A DNA stretch of 64,000 nt. Origin: an uncultured Poribacteria bacterium. Lineage in GTDB: Bacteria; Poribacteria; WGA-4E; WGA-3G. The notes beneath the pieces are model-generated. The model was not told the DNA's origin and did not search any database. It saw nothing but the letters and a program-made list of their open reading frames with translations. The position numbers were made by a program, and so were the translations under genes. Shown one piece after another: positions 40,252 to 51,159 of the stretch (position 1 is its first letter; every line of letters starts with the position of its first letter). The stretch spans positions 4,768,001 to 4,832,000 of the forward strand of contig OX638351.1 of the NCBI GenBank assembly GCA_951813565.1, written 5' to 3'.

Positions 40252-41466
40252 ATGAAAAAACAAATGATTTTCCCGACAATTCTGGGGATTTTTATTTTAC
40301 TTAGTGTTGGTGCTGTTGCTGATGACAACCCATTTTCCGTTTCTGGATACGGCATAATTAATTACGCTAACTTTGATTGGGAACTTGACCCGAACAGACG
40401 TGCAGCCATTGACGTAGAACGATTCGTTGTCGCACCGAAATACCGTATCAATGACACCATCCGACTTGAAGCGGAAATAGAATTTGAACACGGTGGCACC
40501 GGTAGCACGATGGAATTTGACAAATTTGAAGAGTTTGGCGAGTTCGAAACGGAAATTGAAAAAGGCGGTGAAGTGATCGTAGAAAAACTCGCTGCTGTTT
40601 TTTCTATACAACCTGCCCTTAACTTCCGCGTTGGGCATATCATTGTCCCTATAGGGCTTGTTTCGAAACGGCACCGACCACAACACTACTTTACCACAAC
40701 CCGTCCTGAAGCAGAGGCACATATCATTCCGACTATATGGCACGAAACCGGTGTTGAAATTTTTGGCACACTCGGTGCTTTGAAATACCAAGCGCAAATT
40801 ATCAATGGTTTGGACTCAACCGGCTTCAGTTCTCGGCACTGGATTGTCCGCGGACATCAGTTGCGGTTTGAGACGGTCAACGCTGAGGCACCCGCGTTTG
40901 TCGGACGACTTGATTATGCGTTTCATGAAAACGCAACCGTCGGTATTTCTGGTTATTTTGGAGACACTGCGGCAAATCGACCGAAACCGGATGTGAATTT
41001 TGATGCTCATGTCGGGATTGTAAGTCTACACGGATTTTACGAGGTGAATGCAGTAAGAGTCCGAGGATTGTTCTTATGGGGAGCACTTGAAAATGCTGAC
41101 AAGTTGTCTAAAGTCAACCGCACTCTCTCCAATAACCTCAATGTGAAGCGCACACCGATAGGTAGTTCAGCAATCGGTTGGTATATTGAAGCGGGTTACG
41201 ATGTACTATCATTGTTCAGAAAAGCCAAAACATCCTCACATGTATTGGATGTGTTTGCACGTTACGATTATTACGATACGATGGCGAGTGTTGAAGGGAC
41301 TATCTTTGACAATCCTCGGTGGGAAAGAACCACGTGGACTTTTGGGATTAACTACCACGTGCACCCGCAGTTGGTATTCAAGAGTCACTATTCACTACGA
41401 CGGTTAGCTACCAAAGACAAAAACAAGGAAAATACTTTGGCAGTTGGTTTCGGTTTTCAATATTAA
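40252..41466 (+). CDS. Outer-membrane beta-barrel/porin-like protein of imelysin loci
   Basis: Signal peptide, EIEFEHGGTG, IIPTIWHETG, C-terminal GFGFQY. Confidence 0.75.
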   Translation: MKKQMIFPTILGIFILLSVGAVADDNPFSVSGYGIINYANFDWELDPNRRAAIDVERFVVAPKYRINDTIRLEAEIEFEHGGTGSTMEFDKFEEFGEFETEIEKGGEVIVEKLAAVFSIQPALNFRVGHIIVPIGLVSKRHRPQHYFTTTRPEAEAHIIPTIWHETGVEIFGTLGALKYQAQIINGLDSTGFSSRHWIVRGHQLRFETVNAEAPAFVGRLDYAFHENATVGISGYFGDTAANRPKPDVNFDAHVGIVSLHGFYEVNAVRVRGLFLWGALENADKLSKVNRTLSNNLNVKRTPIGSSAIGWYIEAGYDVLSLFRKAKTSSHVLDVFARYDYYDTMASVEGTIFDNPRWERTTWTFGINYHVHPQLVFKSHYSLRRLATKDKNKENTLAVGFGFQY

Positions 41467-41520
41467 CACATATTTGCGCGGTAGGAGACCGCGTTTAAAA
41501 ACCAAAAAACGGAGATTTTT

Positions 41521-42603
41521 ATGAAGTTCTATAAAATTTGGACAATTTTTTGTTGTTTGCTCATCACACCTGCTCTAATAGTAGGATGTGGAGACGATGT
41601 AGAGGATGTGGATCTCGGTGAATCTTATGATGCTGGTACTATGCTTGATGATTTTGCTAATACAGTGGTGTTAGCAACCTATTCTGATTTAGATAGCAAA
41701 GCAGGTGAATTGTTGGCTGCAGTCAAGGCATTAGAGGCTGATACCACGCAAGCAAATCTTGAAAAAGCACAACAGGCGTGGAAGGCAACGCGAACACCGT
41801 GGGAGCAGAGCGAATCGTTTCTGTTCGGCCCTGTTGATACACAGGGACTTGATCCAGCTTTAGATAGTTGGCCGGTTGATCACGTCAACCTACAATCTGT
41901 TTTAGATAGCGATGATGATCTAACCGTAGATTATGTCAGTGGATTAGAAGATACTCAGAAAGGTTTTCATACCATTGAGTTTCTGTTATTCCGAGATGGC
42001 GATCAGCGCAAGGCATCGGATATAACTGAACGCGAACTTGAATACCTTGTATCGTCAACTGAAAATCTCAAGGCGAGCACTTCTCAACTGAAATTGGCTT
42101 GGGCACCAGAAGGTGAAAATTTCAGCAGGACTGTTGCGTCAGCTGGTGAGGAGGGAAATGCTGTCTATCCTTCACAGAGTTCCGCTGTGCAAGAAATGGT
42201 CAACGGTATGATTACTATTGCCGATGAAGTTGCTAACGGGAAGATATCTGACCCTTACAACGAATCGGACACAACCCTTGTTGAATCCCAATTTAGCTTC
42301 AATTCCATCTCAGATTTCCAAGACAATATCCGAGGAATTCAGAACGTCTACATGGGGAAATTCGTAAATGATGGTCAAGGGTTGAATGAATTTGTTAACC
42401 GTAAAGATGCTGACTTAAATTCCCGTTTCCAAACGGAGATACAGAAGGCGATTGACACCATTGGAGAAATTCCGGATCCCTTCCGCGATTCAATTACTGG
42501 CAGTCGTTCTGCAGTTCAAGCAGCTATTGATGCTGTCAGTAAAGTTCAGTTGACGCTTGAGCAAGATATACTTCCGCTTGTTCAGGGTAGTGAGTTTAAT
42601 TAG
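41521..42603 (+). CDS. Imelysin family (IrpA-like) lipoprotein
   Basis: Lipobox IVGC, WEQSESFLFGP, LDSWP, KGFHTIEFLLF (GxHxxE). Confidence 0.9.
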   Translation: MKFYKIWTIFCCLLITPALIVGCGDDVEDVDLGESYDAGTMLDDFANTVVLATYSDLDSKAGELLAAVKALEADTTQANLEKAQQAWKATRTPWEQSESFLFGPVDTQGLDPALDSWPVDHVNLQSVLDSDDDLTVDYVSGLEDTQKGFHTIEFLLFRDGDQRKASDITERELEYLVSSTENLKASTSQLKLAWAPEGENFSRTVASAGEEGNAVYPSQSSAVQEMVNGMITIADEVANGKISDPYNESDTTLVESQFSFNSISDFQDNIRGIQNVYMGKFVNDGQGLNEFVNRKDADLNSRFQTEIQKAIDTIGEIPDPFRDSITGSRSAVQAAIDAVSKVQLTLEQDILPLVQGSEFN

Positions 42604-42645
42604 CACAACATAAGCGTGTTTTGTCAGCACGCAAGACTATTTCGT

Positions 42646-42680
42646 TTTTGTTGGAACAGTCACTGACTGTTCCAACAAAA
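42646..42680. other. Perfect 17-bp-arm palindrome inside the operon
   Basis: TTTTGTTGGAACAGTCA-C-TGACTGTTCCAACAAAA. Confidence 0.7.
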
Positions 42681-42692
42681 GTAGCAATAAAT

Positions 42693-44096
42693 ATGAAGTA
42701 TTTTCACACAGTTCTATATCTTACAGTGTTGGTATCTATCCTAATTGGGTGTAACTCCGAACAGCCAACAAATATCTTAAATTCCAATGCCTCTATAGAT
42801 TCCACAGGTGCGCTTTCTGGTGGTGATACAACTATTTTTGACGCATCAAGCCACGCATTTTCTATTCCTGCTCCTAATCTTTCCGCAGCAGCACTTGAAA
42901 AACACTTGGAAGGCGATGTTGAATTTGAAGCAGTATTTGTCACTGCACCGGCTGTGGTGAATCCCGGTTTAGGACCTATCTACAACAACGTTTCATGTAT
43001 CAACTGCCATAGCCGTGATGGCAGAGGTCGCCCGCCAGGTGTCAATGAAGGGCTGGTATCATTGCTCTTAAGACTAAGTCTCCCGAAGAATGATAATATG
43101 GCAGATGGAAAGCCTCCAATTCCCGTGCCAGGCTATGGGAGGCAGTTGAATAACCGCGCAATCGTTGGAACACCCGCAGAAGGCACAGTTAAAATTGAGT
43201 ATTCCGAGCAACCGTTAACAACGGAGGATGGAACGCGCGTGCATCTCCGCTATCCAAATTATACCATTACGAACACTTACCACCCGCTACCTGAAAATGT
43301 AGAGGTATCACCGCGTGTGGCACCAGTTGTCTTTGGACTCGGCTTATTAGAAGCAATTCCTGAAAGTACGATTTTGACTTACGCTGACGAAATTGATGTT
43401 AACGGAGATGGAATCTCTGGCAAACCCAACTATGTGTGGGATGTAGTTAAAAAGCGTTACGCGCTTGGTCGTTTCGGATGGAAAGCGAACCAACCGACAC
43501 TTCTTCAACAGGTCGCTTCTGCCTATCATGATGATATGGGTGTGACGACCTCACTGTTCCTCATAGAAAATTCGGCGGGACAACCACAACTTACCGAAAA
43601 CAGGACAACCCCTGAGGTTAGCGATGAAATTTTAGACGTGGTAACGTTTTACGTGCAAACGTTGGCGGTACCTGCCAGGCGAAATGTGGATGACCCACAG
43701 GTCATGCATGGTGAGCAGCTTTTTGCACAAGCACAATGTGCGAGCTGTCATATTCCAACGTTACGAACTGGCGTTCTGTCGGGCGTTCCTTCAGTCAGCA
43801 ATCAGACTATTCATCCTTACACAGACCTATTGTTGCATGACATGGGACATGGTTTAGCAGATAATCGTCCTGATTTTCACGCAAGCGGAACAGAGTGGCG
43901 GACACCTCCATTGTGGGGTATCGGTTTAGTGAGAACAGTTAATGGACACACCAATTTTCTCCATGATGGCAGGGCGCGCAACCTAATGGAAGCAATTCTC
44001 TGGCACGGTGGGGAAGCAGAAAAATCACGACAAGCCGTTTTGGAGATGTCAAAAGCGGAACGCGATGCACTTATTGCGTTTTTAGAGTCTTTGTGA
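42693..44096 (+). CDS. Di-heme oxidoreductase family (DHOR/DUF1111) lipoprotein
   Basis: CINCH and CASCH heme motifs, GRFGWKA, TDLLLHDMG, WRTPPLWG, LHDGRAR. Confidence 0.9.
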   Translation: MKYFHTVLYLTVLVSILIGCNSEQPTNILNSNASIDSTGALSGGDTTIFDASSHAFSIPAPNLSAAALEKHLEGDVEFEAVFVTAPAVVNPGLGPIYNNVSCINCHSRDGRGRPPGVNEGLVSLLLRLSLPKNDNMADGKPPIPVPGYGRQLNNRAIVGTPAEGTVKIEYSEQPLTTEDGTRVHLRYPNYTITNTYHPLPENVEVSPRVAPVVFGLGLLEAIPESTILTYADEIDVNGDGISGKPNYVWDVVKKRYALGRFGWKANQPTLLQQVASAYHDDMGVTTSLFLIENSAGQPQLTENRTTPEVSDEILDVVTFYVQTLAVPARRNVDDPQVMHGEQLFAQAQCASCHIPTLRTGVLSGVPSVSNQTIHPYTDLLLHDMGHGLADNRPDFHASGTEWRTPPLWGIGLVRTVNGHTNFLHDGRARNLMEAILWHGGEAEKSRQAVLEMSKAERDALIAFLESL

Positions 44097-44123
44097 GAAA
44101 TCTCATTCTATAAGGAGAAAATA

Positions 44124-44480
44124 ATGATAACAGTAGCAAATCGAATTTATGTTGCACCTGAATATTACGAGGAATTTGAGGAACGATTCCGAAATCGGGC
44201 ACGACTCGTTGATGGAATGCCTGGATTTATCTCTAATCAGGTTTTGCGACCTGTCAATGATGGTGATCCTTACGTGGTATTTACACTCTGGGAATCACGG
44301 AAGGATTTTGAAAACTGGGTTGATTCTGAGGAATTCCGTAAGGGACACGCACAATCTGGCACTATGCCGAAAGAGGCGTTTACACAATCCAACAAACTGG
44401 AATTGCACGAGGTGTTTCTGGATTCTACTCAACCCGACCTAAAGGAAGAACCGCGGGGAGGTCCGTTTAAGGTTCACTAA
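44124..44480 (+). CDS. ABM-domain protein, IsdG/MhuD-like heme-degrading monooxygenase
   Basis: ITVANRI, FEERF..R, PGF, WES..F..W..SEEFRKGH; heme-uptake context. Confidence 0.8.
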   Translation: MITVANRIYVAPEYYEEFEERFRNRARLVDGMPGFISNQVLRPVNDGDPYVVFTLWESRKDFENWVDSEEFRKGHAQSGTMPKEAFTQSNKLELHEVFLDSTQPDLKEEPRGGPFKVH

Positions 44481-44702
44481 AAATAAAAGCAGAAAAAGCG
44501 ACGTTAGAACTGGGTATACCCTCAACTGCCAATTGTAAGTTATTACCCAAGTTTCTAATAGAATCAAAAATTGATTGCAAAATGACCGCATTTTCGTTTG
44601 CGGGTTTTTCGCACGCGCGCCTTTTCTGTATCTATTAGGATACGCTACCATCCTTGCAATTGTCAAGTAAATTGTAGGATGACTCAAGCGAAGGAGAACG
44701 TT

Positions 44703-46658
44703 ATGGTTTTCAATTGGAAAAAATGGGTTTTGTCAACACTCATCTTTTGGCTTGCCTCTACAATATCAAGCTACTCCGAAAACGGGAATGAAATATCTAA
44801 AAGCGGCTATCACGTAGAATTAGATCCTGTTGTGGTAACTGCCACAAGGACACCCCACCGTCTAAAAGATACACCTGTTATTACAAATCTGATTACACGT
44901 GCAGAAATTGAAGCAACAGGCGCTGAGAACATCGGAGAAGTGCTGGAGCACAAAGCTGGCATTATTATTCATCGTGATGGGCATGGGGACGGCGTGCAAC
45001 TTCAAGGGCTTGATTCGGAATACGTGCTAATTCTCGTGGATGGTGAACCGCAGGTTGGGCGCATCGCCGGTAAACTTGACATGGCACGAATGGCTGTTGA
45101 AAATGTTGAACGGATAGAAATTGTCAAAGGCGCCACTACCTCCCTTTTCGGTAACGCCGCACTCGCTGGGGTAGTAAATATCATCACTCGCAAAGCTGTG
45201 TCACCTTTCTCTGTTCAAGTTTCTCAAAGCATTGAGCAAAACAACAAGTTTGATAGCAGAGGCACTGTTGGATTGCAACAGGGGAAACTCAACGGGTTAT
45301 TTACGCTCAGTGCAAACCGCCGAAATCCAATTGATTTAGATACATCTGATCTCACAACTACAATTGATGGTTATGCTAATATAACGAGCACAATTCGGAC
45401 AGAATATCTACTTACAACCGCAACAAATCTTGTATTTTCTGGACAATATTTCACGCAGGACCAAGAAGGTATCAGTGAAACCGATTCCATCATATATGAC
45501 CGTCTCGGTGATATTAAAAACTTCAGTGGAAGTATGGGAATAGAACATGAATTTGGCTTTGGCAACCCGCAGCGTGTCTCTCCGACTTTACTGACAGGAA
45601 AAATTTACGCAACCCGATATGACGATGAGTCAACTGTTATTGATAGGGGGACGAAGGCAACATCATCTCAAAATCTCAACATTCAAAACCTCCTCAAGGG
45701 CGAAATTCAGTTTGATACGACTCTTTGGAAAAAACACCGGCTAACGCTCGGTGGTGAGGTGATTCTTGAAAATTTACAATCTCAACGGATTGAAGGTGGG
45801 GAACGCGGTATTTTTACGAATTCTCTCTTTATCCAGAATGAGTTCCGACCTATTTCTACGTTTGCCCTTGTCATTGGTGGGCGTTTAGATAATCACTCCG
45901 AATTTGGAACACATTTCAGTCCAAAGTTGAGTTCCTTATATCGCGTGACAGACGATTTTCGGATTCGTGCTTCTTATGGACAAGGCTTCCGCGCACCAGA
46001 CTTTAAAAACCTTTACCTCAACTTCACAAATGTCACTTCCGGTTACCAAGTCTTGGGCAATCCAAGCCTTCAACCTGAATCCTCACACAACTGGAATCTG
46101 GGAATAGAATATCAGATATTCAACGGTTTGCTTGGTAGAATCCACATGTATCGCAATGACTTGCACAATCTGATAGAAGCAGAACGGATCGGGCAGAGTG
46201 GAGCAGGTGGAAGCAAGTTTGAATATCAGAACATTAGCGAGGCATTTACAGAAGGGATTGATCTGGAAATCATCATTGGTAGTATTGGCGGATTTACTTC
46301 GGGTGTCGGATATGCGTATCTGCGCGGTGCGAATAAAACGACTGGGTTGCCGTTACTGAACCGTTCAACACACAACGGCACACTCAAATTAGTATATTCA
46401 CATCTCAATAGTGGTTTTCAAGTTGATCTGCGTGGAAGATACGCAAGCCAGTGGGGTTTCTTTGACGATGGAGATAAAGTACTTGAACCTCAAGAACTTG
46501 CACCGAGTTATTGGGTATGGAACATCCGTACTGCAAAGACACTCTTCAAATCACTCAAAGCCTCAATTGGATGTAACAATATATTTGATTTCAAAATTCC
46601 AACATTTTACACGTTTGTTGGCCGTTCATTTTATGGCGGCTTGTCTTTGGCATATTAA
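44703..46658 (+). CDS. TonB-dependent receptor (probably heme)
   Basis: VVVTATRT, ERIEIVKG, GVVNIITR, GNPSLQPE, NNIFD; AAGGAG RBS. Confidence 0.92.
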   Translation: MVFNWKKWVLSTLIFWLASTISSYSENGNEISKSGYHVELDPVVVTATRTPHRLKDTPVITNLITRAEIEATGAENIGEVLEHKAGIIIHRDGHGDGVQLQGLDSEYVLILVDGEPQVGRIAGKLDMARMAVENVERIEIVKGATTSLFGNAALAGVVNIITRKAVSPFSVQVSQSIEQNNKFDSRGTVGLQQGKLNGLFTLSANRRNPIDLDTSDLTTTIDGYANITSTIRTEYLLTTATNLVFSGQYFTQDQEGISETDSIIYDRLGDIKNFSGSMGIEHEFGFGNPQRVSPTLLTGKIYATRYDDESTVIDRGTKATSSQNLNIQNLLKGEIQFDTTLWKKHRLTLGGEVILENLQSQRIEGGERGIFTNSLFIQNEFRPISTFALVIGGRLDNHSEFGTHFSPKLSSLYRVTDDFRIRASYGQGFRAPDFKNLYLNFTNVTSGYQVLGNPSLQPESSHNWNLGIEYQIFNGLLGRIHMYRNDLHNLIEAERIGQSGAGGSKFEYQNISEAFTEGIDLEIIIGSIGGFTSGVGYAYLRGANKTTGLPLLNRSTHNGTLKLVYSHLNSGFQVDLRGRYASQWGFFDDGDKVLEPQELAPSYWVWNIRTAKTLFKSLKASIGCNNIFDFKIPTFYTFVGRSFYGGLSLAY

Positions 46659-47020
46659 CCATACGGTAGGGACTTCCAAAGAACCTTACCGAGAATTGGG
46701 CAAATCACTAATTGCTAATTATCGAAACCTTGGCAGAATACTGTATGGTATTCTGCACTAAAAACAAAAGGAGTTATCTGATGAAAAGGTTCATGTGCTT
46801 ACATAACCTAATTTTTAGCACAATTTTACTTTTCGTCTTAACTTTCAGGATCGCAGTTTTTACTGCGAATGCTGAACTTCACCAGAATACTCACGGTTGA
46901 CACAGCCGTGAGTATTGGACTTATGTTATTCACAGAAGGCAACTACATTGGTAGAACTTAAAAACTAAAACGTATGTAATTCGCAATTTAGCCACGTATG
47001 TGCTAAAAAAAGGAGGGAAC

Positions 47021-47251
47021 ATGGGTTACAAAACCAACTTTTTATCACAGTCCGAAACATGTGCCATCTATCAATGCCTTGATGGTCATATTCACCTTAA
47101 ATACCGATCCTTGGACATTACTATGGATCCTGATGAATTCTATCAGGTTGCTGAAGTTTTTTCTGACGCCTTACGCACGTTACGTAAGGCCGAAGAACCT
47201 GCGAACGATACAATCAACCTTGCAGACTTTGAAGTGCTGCCAAAAGTTTAA
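47021..47251 (+). CDS. Small hypothetical protein (C-x-x-G-HIH motif)
   Basis: AGGAGG RBS; lies within the iron cluster. Confidence 0.7.
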   Translation: MGYKTNFLSQSETCAIYQCLDGHIHLKYRSLDITMDPDEFYQVAEVFSDALRTLRKAEEPANDTINLADFEVLPKV

Positions 47252-47299
47252 TTATTTCATGTTACGCGCCTATGCTGGTGCCTCTAAAAGGAGAAAATC

Positions 47300-47986
47300 A
47301 TGGATAGAATCAAAGAACACCTCAATTGGAATATTGTGATCTGGTTTATGTTATTTCTCGGTGTCTTTATCTTTTTCAGTTGCGTTTCCGTAGATGAAAG
47401 CGAGGTTGAAAAAATACTCGCGGACTCTAATGCTACAGATGAAACGTCAGATCCATCTACGACTACTGATGATCTGGCTTTGATTGACGAACCCGTTGGC
47501 TTGGAAGCACATACATTCACAATTGATGCCACAAACAGAGAGGAGTGGGTTTACTTTTCTTTTCAAACTGGCGGTGTGATTGAAATCGCGGATGCTGAAA
47601 ATTCTGAAGATTGGGATATTGGATTTCAAATAACAAAAGTTAAGCTTAACGGTGGCATCAGCGGACCGGGAATGGGAAGTGTTGTTATGCTTACTGACAC
47701 AACTTTTGAAGATGTAACAGTTGCCCCAGAAGACGGATATCGCGCTGATACAGAAGACACGCTTGCTATCGTTCCGCAGAGTGAAAAAGGATGGTATATC
47801 TATACGGGTCCACCAACACATTGGATTCTACCTTTAGAAGACCGCGTGTTTGTGGTTAAAGGCGCAGATGGAACTTTCGCTAAAATCCGTTTTATAGGAT
47901 ATTACAAAGACAACGAAAACAAGCAGGACAGCGGTTTTGTGACGTTTGAGTATGTCCATCAACCCGACGGAAGTCGTAATTTCTAA
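47300..47986 (+). CDS. hmuY: HmuY family heme-binding lipoprotein
   Basis: Lipobox FFSC, IDAT..EEWVYFSF, WDIGF, LNGGISG, GWYIY, FAKIRFIGYY. Confidence 0.85.
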   Translation: MDRIKEHLNWNIVIWFMLFLGVFIFFSCVSVDESEVEKILADSNATDETSDPSTTTDDLALIDEPVGLEAHTFTIDATNREEWVYFSFQTGGVIEIADAENSEDWDIGFQITKVKLNGGISGPGMGSVVMLTDTTFEDVTVAPEDGYRADTEDTLAIVPQSEKGWYIYTGPPTHWILPLEDRVFVVKGADGTFAKIRFIGYYKDNENKQDSGFVTFEYVHQPDGSRNF

Positions 47987-48101
47987 TTTCGGTCAAACAT
48001 TTATATAGTCTTATAGGGTAACTTATAAAGATACCCTTTCAATCGTATATACAGAAGAACTGAACACTGAGTTCATGAAACGTTGGATATGGAATCTATA
48101 A

Positions 48102-48190
48102 TACCAAATTACCCTAAATCGTAGGGGCGGGTCTCTGTGCCCGCCCTTACCATCGGCAATGAAAACAATGCAATTCTCGTTAATTTGGTA
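48102..48190. mobile_element. 89-bp MITE
   Basis: Copy of 19988-20076. Confidence 0.85.
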
Positions 48191-48282
48191 TAAAACTTAT
48201 TTATGCACTATGCATAAATACGCATCAAATCTCCTTAACCTCAATAGGTTCCATGCCAACTATTCATCTTCAGGAGGGTAAA

Positions 48283-49236
48283 ATGCAAATTATTCGCTCA
48301 AACTTTGGCAAAGCATGGATTTTAAGTGTTTTAATTTTCACTTTGTTTGGTGTAGTTGTATGTTTTGTTGCTGCCAATCCAATTGAGGTCAAAGATACAG
48401 AAGAAAAGACAGTAATGATTACTTCTTCGGAACGTATCGTGAGTCTCAACGGTAGCACAACTGAGATACTGTTCGCGTTAGGTGTAGGTAAGAAGGTTGT
48501 CGGATGTGATGCCTCATCAACATATCCCAAAGATGTAAAGAAAAAGCTGCGAAGTGTTGGGTATCAGTACGGATTAAACGCAGAGGGAATCCTCTCTTTG
48601 AAGCCGACACTGGTAATCGGACGTGACGATGTAAAACCACCACAGGTCGTTGAACAACTCCGCATGGCGGGTGTGACTGTTCTATTGCTTAAAGAGCCTC
48701 GTACTTTTGAAACAGCCAAAAAACGGTTGCTAACTATTGGCAAAGCAGTTGGATGTGAGAAGAAAGCTAAGGAGTTAACAAAAACTTTAGAAACAGACAT
48801 CAAGAAATTGGAAAAGAAACTAAGCTCACGTGAAGGGAAACCAAAACAGAAAGCGTTGTTTTTATATCTGCGGGGCACACAAACCACTTTGGTGTTAGGC
48901 AAGGATACTGCACCGGGAGCAATGTTTGAGATTGTCGGTGCAGAAAACGCTGCAGAGAACATCAAAGGAAACAAACCGATGACTGCTGAAGCAGTAATTG
49001 CTGCACAACCAGATGTGTATGTGCTGTTTACCACAGGGCTGGAATCGGTTGGCGGCGTTGACGGGTTACTCAAATTGCCAGGATTGGCACACACGCCAGC
49101 GGGTAAAAATAAACGTGTCGTGGCTTTAGATGGGCAATATTTATCTGGATTTGGACCCCGTTGTGGGCGCGCCGCGCTTGAGCTTTTCAGAGGCATCTAT
49201 GAAGTTGAAGGCCATTTTATCGCGACAGGTGAATAA
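48283..49236 (+). CDS. hmuT: Heme ABC transporter substrate-binding protein
   Basis: RIVSLNGSTTEILFALG, DASSTYP, VGYQYGLNAEGILSLKP, GFGPR. Confidence 0.88.
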   Translation: MQIIRSNFGKAWILSVLIFTLFGVVVCFVAANPIEVKDTEEKTVMITSSERIVSLNGSTTEILFALGVGKKVVGCDASSTYPKDVKKKLRSVGYQYGLNAEGILSLKPTLVIGRDDVKPPQVVEQLRMAGVTVLLLKEPRTFETAKKRLLTIGKAVGCEKKAKELTKTLETDIKKLEKKLSSREGKPKQKALFLYLRGTQTTLVLGKDTAPGAMFEIVGAENAAENIKGNKPMTAEAVIAAQPDVYVLFTTGLESVGGVDGLLKLPGLAHTPAGKNKRVVALDGQYLSGFGPRCGRAALELFRGIYEVEGHFIATGE

Positions 49237-49261
49237 TCTTGGCTCCAGCATTTAAGGGAAT

Positions 49262-50257
49262 ATGCAAAAACGGACAAAGATTCTTCTAATCCTCATCGGT
49301 TTACTTCCGGTATCGATTTGTGTAGCGGCAGGGATAGGTGCATATCAAATTCTACCTTGGAATATTCCAAGAGTTCTTCTTTTTCGAGAGGACGGTTTCG
49401 CGGTACTTGTCTATGTTCGTTTTCCGCGTGTTGTCTTGGCGGCACTTGTTGGGGCAATGTTAGCAATATCCGGGACAACCCTTCAAGGCATTTTTCGGAA
49501 TCCATTGGCAGATCCAGGATTAATCGGTGTCACCGCAGGGGCAGGTTTAGGCGCATCGTTATGGATTGTGCTGATTGGTGGCGGTGCATTGGGTATGTGG
49601 GGACTTCCTGTCGCTGCATTTGCATGTGGGATGCTCGTGACTATCGGTGTCTGGAAAATATCGGAGTCACACGGCAAGGTCCAAACAGTAACACTATTGT
49701 TGGCGGGAATTGCTCTCAACAGTCTCGCGGGTGCATGTATTGGGTTAATGACGTTCTTGGCTGACGATGAACAACTGCGTAGTCTAACTTTCTGGTTGCT
49801 TGGTGGTTTTGGTGGTGCAACATGGAATGTTGTCCTTGTAACGCTCCCGATTACAATTGCAGGAATGTTTGTGTTGTTACAACAAGCATCCGCGCTGAAT
49901 GCAATCAGTCTCGGTGAATCTGAAGCATACCACCTCGGCGTACCAACTGAAACTTTGAAAAGATGGTCTGTTTTTGGAGTCGCTCTAACAGTAGGTGCAG
50001 CAGTTTCAGCCGCGGGTGGAATCGGTTTTGTTGGACTCGTCGTTCCGCATCTGTTGAGACTCATGGGCGGTGCAGATCATCGGTATGTATTGCGCGGCTC
50101 AGCATTGGGTGGTGCAATACTGTTGATCTTAGCAGACCTCTTCTCACGAACCGTCGTTGTTCCTGCCGAATTACCGGTCGGTGTGGTTACCGCATTAATC
50201 GGTGGGCCATTCTTTTTGTGGCTTCTCATCAGATTCAAACGCGAGGTTTTTCTATAG
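49262..50257 (+). CDS. hmuU: Heme ABC transporter permease (FecCD family)
   Basis: RFPRV, FRNPLADPGLIG, GFVGLVVPH, ELPVGV. Confidence 0.9.
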   Translation: MQKRTKILLILIGLLPVSICVAAGIGAYQILPWNIPRVLLFREDGFAVLVYVRFPRVVLAALVGAMLAISGTTLQGIFRNPLADPGLIGVTAGAGLGASLWIVLIGGGALGMWGLPVAAFACGMLVTIGVWKISESHGKVQTVTLLLAGIALNSLAGACIGLMTFLADDEQLRSLTFWLLGGFGGATWNVVLVTLPITIAGMFVLLQQASALNAISLGESEAYHLGVPTETLKRWSVFGVALTVGAAVSAAGGIGFVGLVVPHLLRLMGGADHRYVLRGSALGGAILLILADLFSRTVVVPAELPVGVVTALIGGPFFLWLLIRFKREVFL

Positions 50258-50282
50258 GTTCACAGGAATGAAGGGTAAATTC

Positions 50283-50447
50283 ATGATTGAATTGGAAGAA
50301 GTTGGTTATCAGATCAACGGAAATTGGTTAGTGCGAGACATCGACCTTACAATTAAGAATGGTATGTTATGGGGATTCGTCGGTCCTAATGGTGCAGGTA
50401 AATCCACACTTCTACGTTTAATTTCAGGTGAACTTATACCACATTAA
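50283..50447 (+). pseudogene. hmuV: Truncated heme ABC ATPase (N-terminal ~51 codons only)
   Basis: GPNGAGKSTLLRLISGEL, then runs into a MITE and stops; no continuation after the MITE. Confidence 0.85.
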
Positions 50448-50839
50448 CTTGATTCATATTTATGGAGCAGTTAGGAAAACGTACCTTATGCGTCAATTTA
50501 AGGATATACCCTCTTGTGGGAGCGAATCAACGCAGCATGCGCGTCCGGCATGCTGCCAAATCAACGCCAAATGCGCTTTTTGGCATTTGTCGGGTTTTCA
50601 ACCCCGATTTTCTTCTGTAGGAGCGACCTCCCGGTCGCGAGCTGGAGCTCGCTCCTACAGAATGTCCGAGGCGACAAGTCATGGCGAATACCACGCGTAT
50701 TCGCCCAAGTGCGCTTGGCGTTGATTTGGCAATGAATTGCGCGACTACAAACGCTTTTTTTCTTAAATTGACAGTTATGGAGCGGTTAGGAAACCGCTCC
50801 TACCGTCCGGAAAATGCGATAAATCCCGTTAATTTGGTA
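50437..50839. mobile_element. 403-bp composite MITE
   Basis: Near-identical to 26675-27077. Confidence 0.88.
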
Positions 50840-51159
50840 TAAAAACACCGTACCAACCAATAGAAATAGAGTAACACTATTTTTCCAAGTCATTTTGCCC
50901 CTTAAAAAATTGAAGATTAAGAAATTAAGTTTGCCTTATTAACGAGATTTATTCCATTAAGTTTAGGCTGGTTGCAGTCAGGGTTATTTAGTTTTAGGGT
51001 TTTGGCACATTTTCGTCAAAAAGTCGCGAGCTGGATCTCGCTCCTACAAGAAGAGGCTTTTGAGATAAGTCAGAAACTACTGGAAAATTGAATGGCTCTG
51101 GGGTATAATTACAAAAGCATTTGTAAAACGTATTGCGCATTGTGATGCTGGAGAAAAAG

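Noticed and set aside
48564..50064. Long antisense ORFs over hmuT/hmuU (and similar shadows over topA, res and others)
   Set aside because: Shadow frames of well-supported genes
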